A stretch of 64,000 nucleotides of DNA from Octopus vulgaris (taxonomy: Eukaryota), in contig OX597820.1 in assembly GCA_951406725.2 (NCBI GenBank), positions 94,178,001-94,242,000 of the forward strand. The letters run 5' to 3'. The translations under genes and the position numbers were made by a program. Shown here one piece after another: positions 52,560-64,000 of the stretch (position 1 is the stretch's first letter; each line of letters opens with the position of its first letter). The notes beneath the pieces were generated by a model. It saw only the letters and a program-made list of their open reading frames with translations. It ran no database searches and was not told where the DNA came from.

Positions 52560-53439
52560 CAGTATACACTAAAGTCGGTAAAATACCGAACAAAAATACT
52601 TTGCAGTATTTAAATTCTTTTACGTTTTCATTTCAAGCCTCACTGTTTGACTTTAGCCTTCATGTGCTCCGGCAAAAGAAAGGCTGTTGGAGAATAGGTC
52701 GGCCGATCGCCGGATCAGTTTCACACACGATAGCAGCTGTTCGACATAACTCTGCAAGACAGCAATGTACCAGACAAACATTAATGTTCAACATAATCGA
52801 CGATACACGCCCACCGACCCACTAAGTAATGCCCTGTACCAATGTCAATAGCCGTTATTATCGTAATTTCCTCATTCTAACTGCTTTTCTGTATCCTACT
52901 CTGCAACAAGCCCTAGCCAGTTCTAAATAATCTCTTTAATATAAAAATTTCCTTTATTAGTGGCCACTTTGTTTAAATGTCTTTCATTTGAAACCATTTA
53001 AATAACAAATGAAACAAATTGTATGGGAGGAAGAGGACGAGCATTGTAGCTCTGCTTTTGTGAACGCCTAGGAATGTGTTGATAACATGGAATAATTGCT
53101 TTTATTACTGATTCATTAGATCTTTTGTCATTAAGTTATATTAATCTTTTCCTCAGATTGTTCTCGTAATTCTGTCCCAGTCACTAGAAATAGGACTTAA
53201 ATTAACTATACTTCATATATAAAGAGACACACTTCTGGTCGAGTAATTACTTCATGCAGTTGTTTTTGGTGTTGTTGTTTAAGTTTCATGTCAACTTTTA
53301 TTGAATAGACATATGATCAAAGGCGAGAGTTGGTTATTAATTCTAGTTAGTCTAGTAATCATTCAAGGATTTCCTTGCCGGCTCGTACAAGTGGAATTTT
53401 TTTTCTGGAACGTATTAAGAATGAATATGCATGCTATGG

Positions 53440-53890
53440 TTCTGATTTTTGCTGTTCACCGTGCGCAAGGCGATTTATTTCAGTTGGCAGATATCAGCAC
53501 ACATCAGCAAACAATTTGTCTGATGCATGTATACAAGGAGAAGCAACAAAGTATTGTTAGAAGCATAAGTCCGGGATAGCTTTGGCTGAGAAGTCATAAC
53601 GATGTCGAAACACTCGATGTCCTGAAGTCTTAAAAGAAATTTTTCCGACAAAATGCAACAATGATTAGTATATTCACGTTCGAATCTGTCAGAATGCATT
53701 AATAATGAATATGCCTGTCATTGTTATTTTAAAGGTTGCTGTAAATTTAAAATTTACGGCCGACAATTACATCACAGTAAATATATCGTCTGTAATTTCA
53801 TCATCTTTAATCTCATCACCTGGTAGTTACATTCTAGGGCAGTTATACGGCGTGTCTATACATCGTAGTAAATTCCTTGTTATGTAGAAC
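53440..53890 (+). mobile_element. Decayed Helitron RepHel N-terminal fragment
   Basis: Ordered motifs CPEVLKEIF; HVRICQNALIM; GCCKFKIYG.Q.HH (cf. GPYxFRIHGQxYH); SSLISSPGSYILGQLY (cf. GSLLPxPG...GQLY). Confidence 0.55.
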
Positions 53891-54548
53891 AATGGACATG
53901 AGTTAAAATAATAAAATAAGAATAGTAATAAACGAGTGAAAAAGAAATATATAGTGCGCGTGTTTGTTTGGCCAAAATAAAAAATAACCGTCCCGAAATA
54001 CAACAATATCTGTCTCAACACACGATTTCACGTCAGCAATCTTGCAACACAAACTGATAAAAGTAAAAATACTTTTCGTTTACATGGAAGTAAAAAAAAT
54101 GAACGCAATACATTCATTAATCAACCCTGTCGCTTTTTAAATACTTATAGATATTTCCTTGTGTTGCAGTCGAGATAAATCATAATTTACATATATTGAC
54201 CGGCTGTTTAAAAGTTAAGAAATATCAAACCCCTTAAAAGGAAAAACAGCTCATTGATTGAAGTCATTTATTTGGATCAAGAATATAAAACGAGTTGTCC
54301 TGCAATAATCCACACAGGAAAGATTCCATTTACACTCGACTGGGTGATCATAATCACGCAGGTAACATTGCTTATATTACTACTGCCAAACTGATTAATT
54401 TGATAAATATAAAAGCACTTGCAGCTCAGGAAATATTTCATTGCATCGTAACACAAGACTACACTGGGTTGTTGTTAAACAGCTGTGGATCAGCTACCCT
54501 CAGCACCCTCGTGAAAAGAACATCCGAAGCTCTCACAATTTATCAGCG

Positions 54549-55127
54549 TACGAAGGGGTGCTGGAAAGTTCTTGACTTATAGTAAAAGAAAATACAAGGG
54601 GTTTAGTTAAAATGTAATGGGTAAAGACCCCCTTCTATCATGAATGACCGACCCTGGTTTGCACATGGAAAGTTCCCCTCCAAGGCACAAGTCCGGGTAA
54701 AGTTGTTTATGGAAGACCAGCAGTCACTCATTTATACAAGCCTATCTTCTCCACGCCACCGATGTCATCCAAGAGAAAGGCAAAGGAACCAGTGACATCG
54801 TAACTCATTTCTACATCTGAGTGAACTGGAGCAACGTGTCTTGCTCAAGAACACAACACAGCCCAGTCTGGGAATCAAACTCACTACCTCGTGATTGTGA
54901 GCTCGACGCTCTGACCACTGATCCATGCGCCTTCTCGGTGATGGAGGATTAGTTAATTATGATTTTATGATCTTATTCAACATATTCCCCTCTCAGATTC
55001 ACACACTTATTGCAGTGGTCCTTCATTTTTTCTAAGCCCTGTAAAAGAACTTGGGAAGTTGGGCCTCCAATCAGGCTTTTCGCGATACTCTTAAAGCCAG
55101 GAACTTTTCCACACCCACTCCCCCGTA
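54549..55127 (-). mobile_element. Mariner-derived MITE
   Basis: TIRs tacgaaggggtgctggaaagttc / gaacttttcc...cccgta. Minus strand LQGLEKMKDHCNKCVNLRGEYVE* is a mariner C-terminus. Confidence 0.8.
54618..54933 (-). mobile_element. tRNA-derived SINE (another tail type) nested in the mariner MITE
   Basis: Minus-strand head gaaggcgcatggatcagtgg...gagtttgattccc; TSD-like ttagttaa on both sides. Confidence 0.75.
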
Positions 55128-56501
55128 CGTTCTGCTTAATTCAGTGAATTTACTCCAGCTTCAAAATTCGCATGTACGAGTAGATAGGAAAAAAAACATT
55201 CTAATCAGTCTTTTCTTCTACTCGTTAGCAATGATGGATCAGGCAAAGTTATGTAATTTTCGATTCAAAGAAATCTCCAGATGTTATCCGATGCAAAATG
55301 TTTTCATGACAGTTTGACAGTTATTCAATCACCTTAACATGCTTACCCTTTAGTTCGCGTTTAAAGACCAGAAGAACCGAAATGCTTTACTTCAGGATTT
55401 TCTCAGAATGAAAATCCTTTGAGCAAACTTTATCAACGCAAAAGATATTGAGCGAGAACCATCAATGCTTTGTAATGCAATCTTTCTTCAAATGAACTCA
55501 AAAAGATTGTTTACTCCATTTCTCCTGATATATATATTTCGAAACATTTAAACAAATGGTCGGCACTATCTGTACGAAAAATAAGGCAGATATTGCATTG
55601 AAGATGTATATTATTCCAGCCATTCCATTACGTTTGTGCCTGTCGTAAGTGTTCATTCTTCTGAATATTAACAAGTTCGAAATAAACTTATGCCAATATA
55701 ATTAACACACACGCTCAGCGTGTGTTAATTATACTGACATAATGACTCTCCCTAGACGCAACGAAATTTGTTTCAACACACGAATTCACACAAAGAATCT
55801 TGCAAATAAGATACAAAAACGAAGTGAAATAAACTTAACCAGAGTTGAATTATATTCATATGTGGCTTAGTCCCTCACATAGAACACCGATCTCCTCGCT
55901 TCGATCATACACTTTGGATTTACGGTTACAGCACAATCATAAAAGTATCAAGGATTATGTAAAAAAGATCTTTATTATTGATGTATATCAAAACGATTTC
56001 AACTATAAATTAAAGGACATAAACGTAGCCGAATGGATTTAAATCCACTTTCTTTCGACTTGTTGACCGTTGCATTATAAAACCTCTGCTACCTCTAGCT
56101 CTCAAATCAGCAACCACTGGCAAGGGTGCCAACGTTTGCTCACTATTCACAGCAGCTTACCGTTATTAACGCCGCCAAAAATAAACACTATTAAAGACGG
56201 GAAATTATAAAGATCTTTTGAGCGATAACTGATTAGGAATAAGCAACGTCCTATCTCGTGTGCGAATTTTGTATTTGTTTGGCTATTATGTTTTCGTTTA
56301 AATTCTAGTCGACTTTGCTTTTCGTGATCGATAAATTATGTACCAGTTGCGTGCTGGAATCGATCTAATCGACTGTTCCATTCCTCCAAAATTTCAGGCC
56401 TTGTGCCTAGAGCAGAAAAGAGTATTGACTGAAATTTTGCGTAATTACACAAAAAAATATATATCTATATATCTATATGTGTGTGTGTATGTACATATGT
56501 G

Positions 56502-56611
<110 letters not shown>

Positions 56612-56770
56612 TGTATGAGAATTACTTAATACAGTTTTGAAGAGTAAAGGTGATATTTAAAAAAAATTATTTAAAAGAAAATGTTACGAAATCTTTTATC
56701 AGGATGTTACTAACCTTTTTGGGAAGAAGTTTTTTTTTAGTGTGTTACCATTTTCGTTTAACCTTTTCGA

Positions 56771-56803
<33 letters not shown>

Positions 56804-56848
56804 TCCATATATATACATATGCATATATATATGCATATAGATATACAC

Positions 56849-56881
<33 letters not shown>

Positions 56882-57201
56882 ATATACTTATAATGTATAT
56901 AATAGAGTATAGTTTTATATGTGTGTATATATGTTTTTATATATATATATATGTGTGCGTGTCTGTGCGTGTGTCTGTGCGTGTGCATGTGTGTGTGTGT
57001 GTGTGTGTGTGTGTATTCAAGGGACGCTTTCTCATTGAAGAACATAAATTCTATTACAGATGGAATGGACGAATTACTTGTTTGTTGGGGTTGGACATAT
57101 TTTCATAATCTCGTGATGTCATTATTTAATATTTTAATAAGTAGCAATCAAAAACATAGAATTTTCGACACACACCCACACATGCATACACACACACAGA
57201 C

Positions 57202-57250
<49 letters not shown>

Positions 57251-57494
57251 CATATGCACACGCACATGAACACCCACACATACATACAACGTACAATTCC
57301 GTTTAATAATATTGGCTGGATGCAGAACTGTCTATTCTTGGTATCTACTTATCTGCCGCTTTAATTCTTTCTTTTATTGATGATTATTATTAGAATTCTT
57401 CTTTGTATCTTTATTTGGCCAGCCTTTATGCTTACATGTATTTATATACATGTATGCGTACATACACTCTTTGCATTTATTTGTGTCAAATTTC

Positions 57495-57551
<57 letters not shown>

Positions 57552-57596
57552 TTGTGAGTGTGTGTGTGTGTGAGTATATATATTATATATATATGT

Positions 57597-57664
<68 letters not shown>

Positions 57665-57685
57665 ATATATGTGTGTGTATATATA

Positions 57686-57741
<56 letters not shown>

Positions 57742-57745
57742 TTAA

Positions 57746-58016
57746 TTGCAGTGTGGAAGGTGTTTATAAGCCGTTTAAAAAAAAAAAGCACGAAATTTTG
57801 TCAGTGAACAGGCCGCGGTTTCAAACCGGCGGAAGTATTTTGACACAAATTAAATTTAAATGTTGAAGTGAAATCTAATGGTTTGTGTTTGTGTGTGTGT
57901 GTGTGTGTATGTTTTAATGGCTTATAAACACCTTCCACGCTGCAACTGTTTTTGATTCAGCACACGATCTCAGATCAAGTCACTTGCTATTGAAGTATGG
58001 AAGTACATCTACGTAA
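57746..58016 (+). mobile_element. (TA)n-embedded element with a 27-bp inverted duplication at its 5' end
   Basis: 57746-57772 is the reverse complement of 57919-57945 with 1 mismatch. Confidence 0.65.
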
Positions 58017-58339
58017 ATATATATATATATATAATATAGATAATATATAAATATATGTATATGTACATACACATATGTACATACCTACATATATATGTAT
58101 ATATACATGCATATATGTGTACAGGACATCGAAAAAAAAACGTTGAACACAATGAGAAAAGAAAACATAAACGCAAAAACATAGAAACGAACTTTTTTTG
58201 CAGACAACGAAAAAGACAAACAAACAGAGAAATGAAACAAACAACATAAAGAATATTCCTCTTCTTCAGTTGTCCCTGTTTCAACTACTTCACGTTTCGA
58301 AGGTAAGGACAAGACGCGACTTCTTTGAAATAGTCCTGA

Positions 58340-58685
58340 CTTGAAGGGATTTAGTCGAATAAAATGACCCCAGGACTTATTTCTTAAGCCTAGTACTTAT
58401 CCTATCGATCTCTTTTTGCCGAACTGCTAAGTTACGGGGACGCAAACAAACTAACACCGGTTGTCAGGCTGAGATGAGAGGGACAAAAACATACACATGA
58501 CGCATACATGCATAGATATATGCATATATATATATATATATATATATGACGGGTTTCTTTCAGTGTCTGTCAACCAAAACTACGGACAAGGCTTTGGTCG
58601 GCCTGTGGCTATGGTAGAAGACACCTATCCAACAGTGGAACTAAACCTGGAACCATATGGTTGGGAAGCAAGCTTCTTATCACAC
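58340..58685 (-). mobile_element. Degenerate family-B SINE
   Basis: Matches the family-B reverse complement. Confidence 0.8.
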
Positions 58686-58907
58686 GATCATATATATTTA
58701 TATATAATAAACATGAAAGGAGAGTGGATTATATGGATATTCCTACACGCATTTCAGTAGCAAATTTATTATTTACACATTGTGTCATACAATTTGGTGA
58801 GGAATAACATGCAAGATTATATAAAATTATGCAATCAGGAGTGTACATAACATTTCCGCATTTACAGGTAATATTCCTTTTGAAGAATATCAAAGTATAT
58901 GGTGTGC

Positions 58908-58938
<31 letters not shown>

Positions 58939-59662
58939 AGCGTGCGTATGTGAATGTATGCGTGTGTGTGTGTTTGTGTGCGTGTGTGTGTGTTTGTGTG
59001 TGTTTATGTATATATGTATCTTTTATCCACTTGTTTCAGTAATCAAAGCGCGGCCATGCTGGGGCACCGCCTTGAAGAACTCTTAGTTGAATGAATCGAT
59101 TCCAGTACTTGATTTTTTTTAATGCCTCGTATTTATTCTAACGAACTCTTTGGCCGAACCACTAAGTTACGAGGACGTAAACACACCAACTGTCGAGCAG
59201 TGGTGGGGGTTGGGAGACAAATACATACAAACGACGCGTGTATATGGAAAAATGGCTTTTGTCGTTGAACTGAGGTTCAGTTAAGTAACTTAGTGTCTGG
59301 TTCGAAACTAATATCTAAGTGGATGAAACTAGTAAAAGTCGTGAACAGAGTGGCTAGTCTCAATCAGATATGGTTTGAGAGGAAGCTCATCCTAGAATAT
59401 CGGATGGGGGTAGTCGGAGTATATATTGCTTCGGCGGTGTATTTTTGTCATATGTAGTCACCAGATTGGAACGTATAGTCGGTCACCAGGTTGGATCGTA
59501 TGATCTTTCGCTTCTTGTGGAGCAAACAGACTCTGCTAGCCAGAAGGCGTATCTAATGCCAACGTGCACGGCAAGCGGATCATGGTTTGTCGCAGATGCT
59601 AATGCACAGGTTGGTGCAGAGGCTGACACATGTGTAAAGGTTCTTAATTCCTTGCTATGGTT

Positions 59663-60088
59663 ACTCTCTTTACTCTTTTACTCTTTTACTTGTTTCAGTC
59701 ATTTGACTGCGGCCATGCTGGAGCACCGCATTTAGTCGATCAAATCGACCCCGGGACTTATTCTTTGAAAGCCCAGTACTTATTCTATCGGTCTCTTTTG
59801 CCGAACCGCTAAATAACAGGGACGTAAACACGCCAGCATCGGTTGTCAAGCAATGCTAGGGGGACAAATACAGACACACAACCACCCCCCCCACACACAC
59901 ACACATATATATACATATATATACATATATACGACAGGCTTCTTTCAGTTTCCGTCTACCAAATCCACTCACAAGGCATTGGTCGGCCCGGGGCTATAGC
60001 AGAAGACACTTGCCCAAGAGGCCACGCAGTGGGACTGAACCCGGAACCATGTGGTTGGTTAGCAAGCTACTTACCACACAGCCACTCC
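59663..60088 (-). mobile_element. Young full-length family-B SINE with 25-bp TSD
   Basis: aggttcttaattccttgctatggtt (59638-59662) / aggttgttaattctttgctatggtt (60089-60113). Confidence 0.9.
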
Positions 60089-60518
60089 AGGTTGTTAATT
60101 CTTTGCTATGGTTGATCTCAACATTTTTTCAGACGTAATAAAAAATTGTACAAAAACCGTTTCTTATTTCTGCTTTTTTTTTTTACTTATTTTACTTTGT
60201 TACGGTCTTTCACTTCCTGTGTTCAGTTCCTGGCACAGCTGGCTAATTATAGTCTTGTTAATTACTAGGTTCGATATAATCAACTTTCTTCCCTAATTTT
60301 AGTCCCTTAATGGCTTCAGTCGTAAGACTGCAGCCATGATGAAGCACCGAGAAATAATTACTATTAGGAGGAGCATGGCAGTGCCAACGAAAATATTCCA
60401 AATATTAAATTATATTCGTGGGTTGAAAATGTCTTTGTGCGCTTCGAAATCAGGAATTCTATCTCTCTCTATAAATACCTACCTATTGTGTATGTTTGTG
60501 GGTATGAACACAGACACA

Positions 60519-60577
<59 letters not shown>

Positions 60578-60629
60578 ATATATGTATGTATTTATGTATA
60601 TATATACATATATATATATATTATATATG

Positions 60630-60667
<38 letters not shown>

Positions 60668-62164
60668 ATACACCCCACACTCATATATATGCGTGTCAGT
60701 GTAATTGCTTTGTTGCTATTCATCTATCTAAATATCGCTTATTTCTATCATTCTATATTTATTTCTTCTACCCTTTTCTTTCGTCTTTTTTTTAATCTTT
60801 TTCATACAAACACATACAGAATCATTTCAAAAACCACAACCTACCACCACCACCACCACCACTACGACAACAATAATATGTGATCTAACCACAGTCTAAT
60901 TTCCCAGCGACGCTAAGTACGTATACACAATGAGTCCGTGTACATACATACGTACGTACGTACGTACGTACGTACGTACATACATACATACATACATACA
61001 TACATACATACATACATACATACATACATACATACATACATACATACATACATACATACATACATACACTCAAAACCCACACTGTTTTAGTACACTTGGA
61101 ATTATTGTCGCGTCGTTGTCCTGCACAATTATGTAAATGAATGATGTCTATTACAATTTTTCCTTGTGTTGTAATACGTAGATTTCCGCTGGTATCATTC
61201 TGAAGATTATAAGAGCTGAGCAATCCCTGATGAATCTTAAAAACCAGCGAAACAAGTTTGCTCACTCCTCATCCAAAGCTGCTAATAATATCTCTGTAAT
61301 ATAATCACAGGGGATTAATTTTACTATGAAACTAGAGACAAGTGATTATAATTTCATATATATATTCTTTCTTAATATAATAATCCTAGCCAGTAGTTTG
61401 TAAACGTCGTGTCGTAAAAAAATATCTACGCGCTATGCGTGGTTTTAAAAATATAATCTAAGGCTTTAGAGAATCTATACACTTTTGTTTGAATCATGAA
61501 TAATTAATAATTATACGAATAGTTAATGAATTCCTTATAGACAGATATGATTAATAAAACAAGGTAATAGTTTCATATATTGTTTACAAAATTTTTCACT
61601 GCATTTCAAAGTTCAGCCTTGTCACATATTATATATCGCGGATTCTATTTGAGAATAACCGTTTGCAGAATAGTCAGCCTATTATACTAAATTAACTATT
61701 ATGCTAAATTAACAAGTAGATAATTCAGCTGATGGAACAACTGAATGCTCATCGTCTAAACCGTCGGAGGATTCTTAACCACCACACTAGCAAACTGAGG
61801 AATATTTCTACTACAAAAATATAAAATTGTATTTTTCATTAGATTTTTAGGCGCAGCTGTGGTTAAGAAGCTTGCTTTGCAGCCATGTAGTTTGGTGTTC
61901 AGTTTCCCGTGCAAGAGTCTTCTATCAGGTTGAGTAAAAAGTAAGCAACCTTTGGAACCATGAAGAACTTGTACCGGATTTTTGCAGAGTTCTGAGATAT
62001 TGTAACATTTTTTTTTTTTTGCAATTGTCTGATAATAAAATCATCTGGGTGTAAAACCGAGAGTGGATTGAAATGTGAGTACGGTAATTGTTAACCTGTT
62101 ATTTCCTTAAATGTTGCATTGTTATTGTTGAATTTGTTGGAATTTTTATTTGTCTTCCCCATAA

Positions 62165-62990
62165 GTGGTGAAGAATATGCAAAACAAACCAGAGGAGCTA
62201 CTGCAAATCCGTGAAATAGAAGTTAAAGACAAGAATTTCAAGACGTATAACGACTTGCTGAAAAAGGAGGGAGATTGTCTTAGGCTGACGCCTACCAAAG
62301 AAGGGTGCCAGACCTCCATAAGATTGTGGAAGAGTTGGTTTTGCCGGATGAGACTAGGTTGAGGATTGTTGTGGAGGGTAGACCTCCAATATGGTTTTTG
62401 TATGGAGTAAAGGGACACATGAAGGCCAAGTGTCCCCAGAAACACGAGGAGGAAATAACAGAAAAAGAAATTCAAGAAGAAGAGAGTACAGCCGCAGAGG
62501 AGGAGAAAATGGAGGAGCAATTTACGGTGATGAAAAGAAAAAGAACTTAGAATCACCACCAAAAAGCCCCAAGAAAAAAAAGAAAGACAATCGAAGAGAA
62601 GAACAAGAAAGAAAAGAGAAAATAGAAAACCAAATGAAAAATCAAGTGAAGTGTGAACGCACAAAATGTTGCCTTCAACTAGCAAAGAAGGAGTACGAAA
62701 GAATGGAGGAAACGAAAGAGACAGCGAAGTATAGACAGAGATATTTATGATGTACGAAGGGAGTGGTGAAGGATATCAGAGACTAATGCTTACAGGGAGC
62801 CTCATAGTATATGCTTAAGAAGCCTCATAGTATATGAAAAGATCGTCGAAATTGAAAAGAGAGTAACAAAAATGAAAAATATTATTAGAATGAAAATGGC
62901 AAACCATGAAGGTAAGAAGGGCATGCTGTTGGAGCGAGAAAGAAGGGAGAGGTTAGTAGAACTATTTGGGAAAAAAAAAGTGTTGAAATA
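62165..62990 (+). mobile_element. Decayed Tx1/L1-type ORF1 (gag-like zinc knuckle)
   Basis: RLRIVVEGRPPIWFLYGVKGHMKAKCP is a degenerate GRPPxCxxCxxxGHxxxxC knuckle, followed by a Lys/Glu-rich region. Confidence 0.65.
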
Positions 62991-63141
62991 ACACCACTTC
63001 AGTATAGATACGACGAGCTGCCGCCTGCTGTAATTTTTGACGATATAGTACAATATTTGTCGTAATTTTGTGTTAATGAAAAAGATACAAGACTGTAAAG
63101 TAAAACTGAAATTTAAAAAACAGAAAATGAAACTACTTGCT

Positions 63142-64000
63142 TTGGGAGGGCAGTAAGCCATTTCATCCTCATTTTCATCATATTCATAATTGATCCGATA
63201 TATATTTATACGTACCCCATTGTCTTGTTTTGTCTGTCCTTGTGGTGCCCCCTTTTTATAAAGGCCATGTGCCTAAATAAATGAAATCTGTTACAATCAT
63301 CTGAAATGGAACTGTCAAAGCGCGATATTTGAACAATTTTGATACTCAACTTCATAAAAGGGCGTAAAGCAGCTGAAACTGCTCGCGATATCAACGATTG
63401 GTGAGGAAATGACCAGTGAATGGTCAACTCGAAAATGGTTTAAACGATTTCGCAGTGAAGATCTGAGCCTTGAAGATCGTGAGCGTAAAAGGCGCCCATC
63501 TGTCATGGATGACGATCAGTTAAAGACGTCATTGAGGAAAATCCACGTAAAACCACTCGAGAACTGACAAAATAACTTCAAGTTAGCCAGAAAACTGCCT
63601 GCAACCATTTACATGCGATCGGAAAATCAAAATACTCGACAAATTGACACTGCACGATTTGAATGAAAATCAGAAAATACGCAGGTATGAAATTTGCTCG
63701 TCGCTTCTTCTCCTTAACCAGTCCGATCCATTTCTCGACCGTATTGTAACTTGCGATGAAAAGTGGATTCTGTACAATAATAAAAAACATTCTTTACAGT
63801 GGTTGGACCAAAATGAAATACCAAAACCCTTCCCTAAACCCGAGTTCTTCAAAAAGAGGTTTGTGGTGACTGCTTTGGGGTGTACTGCTGGACTCATTCT
63901 CTATAACTTCTTAAAACCCGGAAAAACCATTGCTGCAGAAACATATTGCCATGAAATTGCCAAAATGAACGAGAAACTGCTACTCCTCCGCCGCAAACTG
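63142..64000 (+). mobile_element. Mariner transposon (Hsmar1/cecropia-like) with a pseudogenised transposase from 63306; runs off the window
   Basis: GRKAAETARDIN...RKWFKRFRSEDLSLED...RP; PFLDRIVTCDEKWILYNN; YNFLKPGKTIAAETYC. Contains stops and frameshifts. Confidence 0.92.

Larger units (their letters stand above)
54230..55645 (+). mobile_element. Decayed Mutator/MULE transposase (FLYWCH-like N-terminus and DDE region), interrupted by a MITE and a SINE
   Basis: SCPAIIHT...GDHNHAG...; SFLLLVSNDGSGKVM*FSIQRNLQMLSDA; YPLV...RTEMLYFRIF; DIER...IFRNI...TFVP. Confidence 0.65.

Noticed and set aside
58260-58305. Hammerhead from minus-strand GAAAC...CTGAAGA
   Set aside because: The helices could not be assembled.
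61225-61265. CTGATGA...GAAA hammerhead
   Set aside because: No helix II, no U16.1 and no helix I.

Overview
AT-rich, microsatellite-dense animal DNA. The SINE families look like those of Octopus/coleoid cephalopods (recognised from memory, so an inference). I see no intact host protein-coding gene, and nearly all ORFs in the supplied track come from (TA)n, (CA)n, (TATG)n, (GA)n or (GAT)n repeats or from SINEs. The window is a transposon graveyard. It holds dozens of SINE copies from at least four modular families, several with clear target-site duplications (TSDs). It also holds decayed R4/Dong, RTE, Tx1/L1-ORF1 and Penelope-like retroelements, Tc1/mariner, MULE and Helitron transposase remnants, and hAT/Tc2 MITEs. 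The most unusual signal is a set of small self-cleaving ribozyme motifs on non-autonomous retroelements. (1) A 394-bp spacer-less palindrome carries one minimal hammerhead per strand with a non-canonical U3-A8 core. (2) Further hammerhead-bearing mini-elements sit in (TA)n or (TATG)n tracts, several with an inverted 5' duplication. (3) A twister-ribozyme motif has its cleavage site at the 5' end of a ~300-bp bipartite RTE-derived element. All folds were worked out by hand and are untested.
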